Below the pieces are notes generated by a model. It was not told the origin of the DNA, did no database searches, and worked only from the letters and a program-made list of their open reading frames with translations. Both the position numbers and the translations under genes were made by a program. A stretch of 31,234 bases of DNA from a virus (Duplodnaviria > Caudoviricetes), in IMG/VR virus record IMGVR_UViG_3300037467_000590, positions 1-31,234 of that record; one strand, 5' to 3'. Positions 24,680-31,234 of this stretch are shown here, piece by piece (the first letter of the stretch is position 1; each line of letters begins with the position of its first letter).

Positions 24680-25774
24680 ATGGACGCAGCAATGAAGAAG
24701 TCGCGCGGCAAGAAAGCTCAGGCCGCCGCCATCACGGCCTTCAAGGGCTTCAATCCTGACTGGACTTGCCGTGGTTTCCAGTACGAGGTCGGCAAGACCT
24801 ACGAACACAAGGGAGATGTTGTCCGCTGCGCTTCGGGCGGCTTCCACTCCTGCGAAAACCCGCTGGACGTGTTCGTCTACTACCCGCCCAGCACGAGCCG
24901 CTACGCCATCGTGGAGTGCGGCGGCACCATCGACCGCGACGACGAAGACACCAAGATCGCGTCGGCAACGATCACCATTAACGCCGAAATCAAGATTCCC
25001 GAGATGGTCAAACGTGCCGTCGATTGGGTGATGGCGAAGGTTGACCGGAAGATCGAGCAGGTTGTCACCGGCAACAGCGCGACCAACACGGGCGACCGGA
25101 GCGCCGCGACCAACACGGGCAACCAGAGCGCCGCGACCAACACGGGCGACCGGAGCGCCGCGACCAACACGGGCGACCGGAGCGCCGCGACCAACACGGG
25201 CAACCAGAGCGCCGCGACCAACACGGGCGACCGGAGCGCCGCGACCAATACGGGCTACCGGAGCGCCGCGACCAATACGGGCAACCAGAGCGCCGCGACC
25301 AACACGGGCGACCGGAGCGCCGCGACCAATACGGGCTACCGGAGCGCCGCGACCAACACGGGCAACCAGAGCGCCGCGACCAACACGGGCAACCAGAGCG
25401 CCGCGACCAACACGGGCGACCGGAGCGCCGCGACCAATACGGGCAACCAGAGCGCCGCGACCAACACGGGCGACCGGAGCGCCGCGACCAATACGGGCAA
25501 CCAGAGCGCCGCGACCAACACGGGCGACCGGAGCGCCGCGACCAACACGGGCGACTGGAGCGCCGCGAGCGTCGAAGGCAAGGACTCCGTTGCTATCACC
25601 ACGGGCTACCAGTCCAAGGCCATGGCATGCAAAGGCAGCGCCATTGTCCTGTGCTACCGCGACGAGGATTACAGGCTGATCCACATCCGCGCTGGCATCG
25701 CTGGCAAGGACGTGAAGGAGAACACCTGGTACTCGCTGGACGCGGCTGGAGAGTTTGTGGAGTTGAAAGCATGA
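24680..25774 (+). CDS. DUF7666-like protein with 9-aa beta-solenoid repeats
   Basis: AFKGFNPDWTCRGFQYEVGKTY...CASGGFHSCENPLDVF.YY N-domain, TGxxSAATN repeats, KENTWYSL...GEF C-terminus. Confidence 0.8.
   Translation: MDAAMKKSRGKKAQAAAITAFKGFNPDWTCRGFQYEVGKTYEHKGDVVRCASGGFHSCENPLDVFVYYPPSTSRYAIVECGGTIDRDDEDTKIASATITINAEIKIPEMVKRAVDWVMAKVDRKIEQVVTGNSATNTGDRSAATNTGNQSAATNTGDRSAATNTGDRSAATNTGNQSAATNTGDRSAATNTGYRSAATNTGNQSAATNTGDRSAATNTGYRSAATNTGNQSAATNTGNQSAATNTGDRSAATNTGNQSAATNTGDRSAATNTGNQSAATNTGDRSAATNTGDWSAASVEGKDSVAITTGYQSKAMACKGSAIVLCYRDEDYRLIHIRAGIAGKDVKENTWYSLDAAGEFVELKA
25088..25573 (+). repeat. 27-bp in-frame tandem repeat, 17 near-perfect plus 1 degenerate unit
   Basis: Unit ACGGGC-(GACCGG/AACCAG/TACCGG)-AGCGCCGCGACCAAY. 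Confidence 0.95.
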
Positions 25775-26040
25775 CCCCCCAGCCCCTCAATCGCCCCTGC
25801 GGTGTGGATGTGCTGCGCCACTATCCGATCCGCCAGTACCGCGAAAACCAGGCCATCGCCGACTTCCAGGCCGCGCGGCTGCGGTACATCCAGCCCGAGC
25901 CGGCGCAGTTCTGCGCGGTACCGACTCCCGGCGAGGACGGCGAGCCGCAAGTGATGGCGTGGGTCGGATCGGTCCCTTCCATTCTCATCATCGCCGCCGC
26001 GTGTGTTGCGTGGGTGGCCTACTTTTGGAGTGCGCCATGA
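25771..26040 (+). CDS. Hypothetical protein with C-terminal TM helix
   Basis: ATGA overlaps; SILIIAAACVAWVAYFW. Confidence 0.6.
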   Translation: MTPQPLNRPCGVDVLRHYPIRQYRENQAIADFQAARLRYIQPEPAQFCAVPTPGEDGEPQVMAWVGSVPSILIIAAACVAWVAYFWSAP

Positions 26041-26420
26041 GGCACGCCGTCGCCTATTCCGACCTGGAATCGCCAGAGAACTTCGACCCGACGCCTGAGG
26101 AAATCGCGCCGGTTGCCGCGTCGATCCTTGCCTACTTCAAGGCCAACCCGAACGCATGGCATGAGGCGCTGAGCGAGTGCGCAGAGCATGGCAAGCCTTC
26201 CCGCCTCGGTGAAGCGCTGCGTGATGGCGACTGGACCGAAGCCGGGCGGCTCGCCCACGAAGCTGCGTTGTCGAAGCTCACCGAGGACGCCGACGACCTG
26301 GCCGAAAGCTGGCTGGTCGATAGTCTGACGATCTGGGACAAGAAGCGCCTCGCGGAGTGGCGCCCGGTGAAGTACGCCAGCCTCGGCAAGCGGTATCACC
26401 TCGCGGAGATGCTGTCGTGA
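26037..26420 (+). CDS. Hypothetical protein (127 aa)
   Basis: GGAG RBS; ATGA overlap. Confidence 0.65.
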   Translation: MRHAVAYSDLESPENFDPTPEEIAPVAASILAYFKANPNAWHEALSECAEHGKPSRLGEALRDGDWTEAGRLAHEAALSKLTEDADDLAESWLVDSLTIWDKKRLAEWRPVKYASLGKRYHLAEMLS

Positions 26421-26593
26421 CGGACCCTCTCTGCGACCCCTACATCGCCGAACTGCGCGCGATGGAGCGTTACATCGACGCCACCCTCGCGTGGCTCGAC
26501 ACCCTTCCGCTGGCTGCTACGGCCGCCCCTGAACTCTCCCCCGATGGGGAGGCTGTGGCAGTCGGCGGTTCTATCAATCGAGGTGACGCATGA
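26417..26593 (+). CDS. Hypothetical protein (58 aa)
   Basis: GTGA overlap; GGAG upstream. Confidence 0.5.
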   Translation: MTDPLCDPYIAELRAMERYIDATLAWLDTLPLAATAAPELSPDGEAVAVGGSINRGDA

Positions 26594-26748
26594 ACAGCAG
26601 CATCGTCCACGCCCGCACCTGGGCCGCCCTTCGCCCGCCGTCGAACGATGAGCGCCGCGCTCAATGGGCCGCACGTTTCTACTCACAAGGCCACCACCGC
26701 ACGCCGCAGAAGCCGCGCGTGAAGGTGGGGCACAGGCCGCAGCACTGA
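26590..26748 (+). CDS. Basic hypothetical protein (52 aa)
   Basis: GAGGTG RBS; ATGA overlap; MNSSIVHARTWAALRPP... Confidence 0.5.
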   Translation: MNSSIVHARTWAALRPPSNDERRAQWAARFYSQGHHRTPQKPRVKVGHRPQH

Positions 26749-26758
26749 GGGGGTGAGG

Positions 26759-27034
26759 ATGGAAATCAGCCAAACGAAAGTTGTGCCGGTGATCGCCAAG
26801 ACGCTGCGCATCCACATGAAAGTTAGTGACCGCTTCGAGGCGTCAATCCTTGACGAGAACGGCAAGGAGCTTGGCGGTCAGGAAGACGGCTACGTGCCCG
26901 ACTTCATGCCGGAAGACCACTACGGCGACTACGTGATCCTGAACATCGATCTTGATACCGGACAGGTCACGAACTGGAAGAAGCCGACCGCCGAGCAGAT
27001 CGAACAGTTCATCGCTGGCGAGTCCGACGACTAA
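26759..27034 (+). CDS. Acidic conserved phage protein
   Basis: DGYVPDFMPEDHYGDYVILNIDLDTGQVTNW; strong codon bias. Confidence 0.75.
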   Translation: MEISQTKVVPVIAKTLRIHMKVSDRFEASILDENGKELGGQEDGYVPDFMPEDHYGDYVILNIDLDTGQVTNWKKPTAEQIEQFIAGESDD

Positions 27035-27124
27035 CAACCCCCGCGAGCTGCTGGCGTACTCCTGGTGAGCCGTCCGTCCACTGACAGCAGCAACGGACCC
27101 CTATTCCACATGAAGGATTCTCCG

Positions 27125-27541
27125 ATGGAAGTCGTTATCAACAGCTGCTTCGGCGGGTTCAGCCTTTCTGACGCAGCCATTCGCCGGTACGCCGAACTCA
27201 AGGGCCTGAACCTCTACCCAGAGCAGAGCAAGTACGGGTTCTCGACCTACTGGACCGTGCCGAAGGAAGAACGGGTGAAGGAGCTGCCCGGCAACTGGCA
27301 CGACCACTCCGTGGAGAAGCGCCGGGAATACAACCGCAAGCACTCTGAGCAAGTGCTCTATGACCGTGACATTGCCCGCGACGACCCTCTGTTGGTGCAG
27401 GTGGTGCGTGAGCTTGGCGACGAGGCCAACGGCAGGTGCGCTGAGCTTCGCATCATCGAAATACCCGATGACGTTGATTGGGAAATCGACGAATACGACG
27501 GCAACGAGCACATCACTGAAAAGCACCGCACTTGGCCCTAA
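27125..27541 (+). CDS. Conserved phage protein (VINxCFGGF family)
   Basis: AAGGA RBS; MEVVINSCFGGFSLS...RDDPLLVQVVRELG...EIPDDVDWEIDEYDGNE. Confidence 0.8.
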   Translation: MEVVINSCFGGFSLSDAAIRRYAELKGLNLYPEQSKYGFSTYWTVPKEERVKELPGNWHDHSVEKRREYNRKHSEQVLYDRDIARDDPLLVQVVRELGDEANGRCAELRIIEIPDDVDWEIDEYDGNEHITEKHRTWP

Positions 27542-27588
27542 CCCCTATTCCACACACCGAGCCGGGCGGTAACCCGGCGAGGCTACCA

Positions 27589-27672
27589 ATGGACCCGACA
27601 ACCGAGTCCGAGAAATACGCCAGCGAGCAACACCCGCTGGATGACGAAGCAGACACCGCCGACTACGGCTAA
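27589..27672 (+). CDS. 27-aa acidic micro-ORF
   Basis: GAGG RBS; MDPTTESEKYASEQHPLDDEADTADYG. Confidence 0.4.
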   Translation: MDPTTESEKYASEQHPLDDEADTADYG

Positions 27673-27688
27673 CCCGAGGACACCAACG

Positions 27689-28579
27689 ATGGCACTCCGA
27701 ATCCTCCCCGCCTCCGAACCGATCACCGTCAACCGCATCACGGTGGCGATCTACGCCCCGCCCGGCGTGGGCAAGACCACCCTCGCCTACACCGCCAGCA
27801 AGCCGCTCCTGATCGACTTCGACCAAGGCGCGCACCGAGCGACCAACCGCAAGGACACCGTGCAGGCGCAGAGCTGGCGCGACGTGGCCGACCTGGACCC
27901 CGCCGACCTCGATCCGTTCGATACCGTGATCGTGGACACCGCTGGCCGTGCGCTCGATGCGCTGGCCGTGGACATTATCCGCCGCGACGCCAAGCTGGGC
28001 CGTGGTGGCGTGCTTAGCCAGCAGGGCTGGGGGCGACTGAAGGCTGAGTTCGTCGGCTGGATGAAGCTCCTGAATCAGGCGGGCAAGGACGTGATCCTGA
28101 TCGCCCACAGCTCCGAGAAGATCAACGGCGACGAAACCATCGAGCGCCTGGACGTGCAGGGCGGCAGCAAGGACGAGATATACAAGTCCGTCGATGCCAT
28201 GGGTCGCATCGCCATTCGTGGCGGCAAGCGTGTGCTGATCTTCGACCCGACCGAAACCGCGTTCGGCAAGAACCCGGCGCAGCTCCCGCCGCTGGAAATC
28301 CCGCATACCGACGCGGCACCCGACTTCATGGCGGGCGTCATCCAGCAGACCAAGGACGCGCTCAACAACATGAGCGAAGCGGCCCGCGAAGAACAGAAGC
28401 GGGTGAGCGAGCTGCGCTCCCTGCTCGACCAGTTGGAGACGGCAGACGCCTTCAACGAGAAGGTGAAGCAGATGAAGGACGCGCCCAAGAAGGATAAGGC
28501 GCTGCTCATGGTGGCCGCCGAGAACAAGGGCTTCGCCTTCGACGACAAGGCCAAGGCGTTCGTCGCGAGGGCCGCGTAA
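27689..28579 (+). CDS. AAA_24/Sak4-like recombination ATPase
   Basis: Walker A APPGVGKTT, PLLIDFDQG, Walker B TVIVDT, VILIAH; GAGGA RBS. Confidence 0.85.
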   Translation: MALRILPASEPITVNRITVAIYAPPGVGKTTLAYTASKPLLIDFDQGAHRATNRKDTVQAQSWRDVADLDPADLDPFDTVIVDTAGRALDALAVDIIRRDAKLGRGGVLSQQGWGRLKAEFVGWMKLLNQAGKDVILIAHSSEKINGDETIERLDVQGGSKDEIYKSVDAMGRIAIRGGKRVLIFDPTETAFGKNPAQLPPLEIPHTDAAPDFMAGVIQQTKDALNNMSEAAREEQKRVSELRSLLDQLETADAFNEKVKQMKDAPKKDKALLMVAAENKGFAFDDKAKAFVARAA

Positions 28580-29175
28580 TGCTCGCCCGCGTGTCCGAGC
28601 TGGAAGCCTTCCGGCGCTGGGAGCTGGACGAGGAATCGGACGTGGAGGCGTTTCGCCGCTACGTCCTACTCGACCAGCCTAGCGAGGCGATGCTGGCCGG
28701 TACGGCGCTCCATGATGTGCTGGAACACGTCACGCCCGGCACGGACCTGTCGGAAGTGAAGTCGCAAGGCTTCACCTTCCGCTTCACGGGTGACATTGCC
28801 CTGCCAGCGTGCAGCATCCGCGAGCTTCGCGCCTACAAGAACTACGGCCCGCTGACGGTCACCGGGAAGCTTGACGCCAACGATGGCCGGCGCGTGGAGG
28901 ATCACAAGTCCACCGCCTACTTCAGCGCCGACAAGTACCTGGAGGGCTACCAGTGGCGCTACTACCTCGATCTGTTCGACGCCGACACCTTCCGCTGGAA
29001 CGTGTTCCCGCTCAAGCCAGTACGCGGCGAGGAGCGCACCTACGAAATCAGCGAGTGCCACCGGCTTGAGCAGTACCGCTATCCCGGCATGGCCGACGAC
29101 TGCATGGCGCTTGCTGCGCGGTTCTACGACTTCGCCAGCAAGCACCTTCCCGAACTCAACGACAGGACTATCTAA
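28579..29175 (+). CDS. PD-(D/E)XK exonuclease
   Basis: GTALH, TGKLD...EDHKST, YQWRYY; between the Sak4-like gene and ssb. Confidence 0.75.
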   Translation: MLARVSELEAFRRWELDEESDVEAFRRYVLLDQPSEAMLAGTALHDVLEHVTPGTDLSEVKSQGFTFRFTGDIALPACSIRELRAYKNYGPLTVTGKLDANDGRRVEDHKSTAYFSADKYLEGYQWRYYLDLFDADTFRWNVFPLKPVRGEERTYEISECHRLEQYRYPGMADDCMALAARFYDFASKHLPELNDRTI

Positions 29176-29177
29176 CC

Positions 29178-29657
29178 ATGGCACGCGGAATCAACAAGGT
29201 CATCATCGTCGGCAACTTGGGCGCTGACCCGGAAGTGCGCTACACGGGCGGCGGCACGGCTGTTTGCAGCCTGTCCATCGCCACGTCCGAGAGCTGGACC
29301 GACAAGCAGTCCGGAGAGAAGCAGGAGCGCACCGAATGGCACCGCGTGAAGCTGTTCGGGAAGCTGGCCGAGATTGCCGGCGAGTACCTGAAGAAGGGCC
29401 GCCAGGTCTATATCGAAGGCTCGCTGCGGACTGACAAGTACACCGACAAGCAGGGCGTGGAGCGCTACAGCACCGATATCGTCGCCAACGAACTTCAAAT
29501 GCTCGGCGGCCATGGTGAGGGCGGCAAGCAGGAGAGCAGCGCACCGCGTCAGCGCCAGGCCAACGCACCGGCTCCGGTACCCGCTGGCGACGCGAGCAAC
29601 GGCTTCCCGGACGACGACATTCCGTTCGATTCCCTGCGCCACCGCACCTACTTCTGA
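29178..29657 (+). CDS. ssb: Single-stranded DNA-binding protein
   Basis: [22 protein letters not shown]...ERTEWHRV...DDDIPF. Confidence 0.97.
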   Translation: MARGINKVIIVGNLGADPEVRYTGGGTAVCSLSIATSESWTDKQSGEKQERTEWHRVKLFGKLAEIAGEYLKKGRQVYIEGSLRTDKYTDKQGVERYSTDIVANELQMLGGHGEGGKQESSAPRQRQANAPAPVPAGDASNGFPDDDIPFDSLRHRTYF

Positions 29658-29665
29658 GGCCCGCC

Positions 29666-29968
29666 ATGACCACCCCGACCAACGAGGAAGTGCGCCGGCA
29701 GTTTGAGGCTGGCGTTAACCAATGGCCGAACTACAGCGAGCGCACGCTGGCCCGCGATGGCCGCTACCCCGACTACTACGGCAACCCTGTCGTACAAGGC
29801 GCGTGGGAGGGCTTCAAGCTCGCCCTTTCCAGCCCTGCCGTGGTGGCGCTGGTGGAGGCGTTGCAGATTGCTCGCGACTACGCAGCTTACGTCCAAGGGG
29901 AGCCTGACGATCTGGCACTCATGGACGCCGCCCTCGCCCCCTTCACCACCGGAGCCGGCCATGAGTGA
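29666..29968 (+). CDS. Hypothetical protein (100 aa)
   Basis: GAGG RBS; RRQFEA...YGNPVVQGAWEGF. Confidence 0.65.
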   Translation: MTTPTNEEVRRQFEAGVNQWPNYSERTLARDGRYPDYYGNPVVQGAWEGFKLALSSPAVVALVEALQIARDYAAYVQGEPDDLALMDAALAPFTTGAGHE

Positions 29969-30368
29969 GATTCCGTCCATCACGGTTGCAGGCGTGACCA
30001 TCGAGCACAACACGCAGCCGTGGCGTGTCGCAAAGAACCGTCACTCGAACATTGACGGCACCGATTGGGGATGGATCGAAGGCGCCCCCGGTCATGTCTG
30101 CTGGTCGGATAACGAGCGATTCAACCGGGAAGCCGCGCGCGAGGCCGTCAAGCTTCACAACGACTGGCTGGAAGATCAGAAGCCGACGCTGGTGAAGCTC
30201 ATCGAGGCCACCGAGCGCAACCGGAAGATCGCCAGGCGATTCAACGAGGCAAAGGCGGTCTACGAAAAGTTGCAGGCCGAGCTTGAGGAAAGCGACCGCG
30301 AAGTGATCCGCCTTTCCCTCAAAGCATCGCCTGAACCCTCCACCCAAGGGGCCGGCCATGTCGAGTGA
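29961..30368 (+). CDS. Hypothetical protein with C-terminal coiled coil
   Basis: GGAG RBS; ATG at 29961. Confidence 0.65.
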   Translation: MSEIPSITVAGVTIEHNTQPWRVAKNRHSNIDGTDWGWIEGAPGHVCWSDNERFNREAAREAVKLHNDWLEDQKPTLVKLIEATERNRKIARRFNEAKAVYEKLQAELEESDREVIRLSLKASPEPSTQGAGHVE

Positions 30369-30888
30369 GCAGTTGAGGGTGAGCCTGCCGCACCAGAGCC
30401 AGCTATTGCCCGAGGACAACAAGTTCCACAAAGGCAACGGTGGCGACGGCAAGCACTACTGGCTGACGCCGCCGAAGCTCTACGCGCAACTGGATGCGGA
30501 GTTCTCGTTCAACTTCGATCCGTGCCCCTATCCGAAGCCGGAAGGGTTCGACGGCCTGACGCAGCCGTGGGGCATGTCCAGCTACGTCAACCCGCCCTTC
30601 GGATCCATCATCCACGAGGGCAAAAAGAAAGGCCCGACTGCGTGGGCGCGCAAAGCCATCGCGGAACACCAGCAAGGCAAGCGCGTCGTGCTGGTCTACC
30701 CAATCGACAAGTGGGTGCTGATGCTCCTAGAAGCCGGAGCGAAGGTCCGCAACCTGGGCGACGTTCGCTGGCTGGCAACCGAGGACGGATCCGAGGGCAA
30801 GGGCACGGGCCGGCATATCGCCTGCTTCATCCTCGACCACGACGACACCCAAGCCGCCGCCCAACTCGCCAAGGGAGCCGAGAAATGA
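30358..30888 (+). CDS. Phage DNA N6-adenine methyltransferase
   Basis: WLTPPKLY...F.FDPCP...DGL...W...YVNPPF (NPPF catalytic motif). Confidence 0.85.
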   Translation: MSSEQLRVSLPHQSQLLPEDNKFHKGNGGDGKHYWLTPPKLYAQLDAEFSFNFDPCPYPKPEGFDGLTQPWGMSSYVNPPFGSIIHEGKKKGPTAWARKAIAEHQQGKRVVLVYPIDKWVLMLLEAGAKVRNLGDVRWLATEDGSEGKGTGRHIACFILDHDDTQAAAQLAKGAEK

Positions 30889-31234
30889 GCTATTCGCCGG
30901 AGCAGGTTGAAGCGATGGCCGACAATTTGGTCGGCTACATGAACACGCCAGCGGCCCCGATGCTCCGCGCCTACGCCGACACCATCCGCCAAGCCGCGCG
31001 GGTGGATGAGGAATCTCTGCTGGCAACGGCGCAAGCGATCCGCGAACACGCGGCGTTGTTCGGCAACGAGCACACGCGCAATGACATGCACGGGTTCGCG
31101 GACAGCATCGAAGCCGCCCTATCCGCCCAGCCTGCGGAACACCCCGCCGCGCCCGTGGGCGTGCCGGATGCGCCGTTGAGCGTGTTCAGCAAAGGCGGCT
31201 GGACGTATTCCGGGACCGGGCAGTCGTTCGACGA
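30885..31234 (+). CDS. Hypothetical early protein (partial)
   Basis: ATGA overlap; frame open to the window end: MSYSPEQVEAMA...IEAALSAQPAEHPAAPVGVPD. Confidence 0.65.
   Translation, partial: MSYSPEQVEAMADNLVGYMNTPAAPMLRAYADTIRQAARVDEESLLATAQAIREHAALFGNEHTRNDMHGFADSIEAALSAQPAEHPAAPVGVPDAPLSVFSKGGWTYSGTGQSFD

Noticed and set aside
25088-25573. Repeat array as CRISPR or DGR (variation at A positions, AACCAG versus GACCGG/TACCGG)
   Set aside because: In-frame coding repeat with no unique spacers, no cas genes, no reverse transcriptase and no TR/VR pair in the window.
28579-29175. Cas4 / CRISPR adaptation gene
   Set aside because: No four-Cys Fe-S pattern evident, no array; the context is a phage recombination module.

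Overview
GC-rich segment of a temperate podovirus or prophage with P22/Sf6-like (lambdoid) organisation. The SSB sequence suggests a Xanthomonadales (Rhodanobacteraceae-like) host, which is an inference. The minus strand (22933->1) carries cro, two RHH regulators, an O-like initiator with iterons, DnaB, a nin region (NinB, HNH-like, PD-(D/E)XK, DUF3310, DEDD exonuclease) and a candidate late regulator. It continues with a ~350-nt highly structured non-coding leader, a chain of coupled micro-ORFs, TerS, TerL, portal, scaffold, coat, gp4, gp10, a 2OG-Fe(II) dioxygenase, three ejection proteins and the start of a tailspike. The plus strand (23004->31234) carries the cI repressor operon with a lipoprotein and a Rap1a-like immunity protein. 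It is followed by the PL operon: a 9-aa repeat protein, small ORFs, a Sak4-like ATPase/nuclease/SSB recombination module and an adenine methyltransferase. No integrase or lysis genes were recognised. Main leads: the dioxygenase in the P22 gp26/gp14 slot, a TonB-box-like motif in the gp16-like ejection protein, the structured RNA region with a CCA-ended tRNA-like element, an antisense membrane micro-protein, and the immunity cargo behind cI. All family assignments come from motif recognition by eye; no database searches were run.
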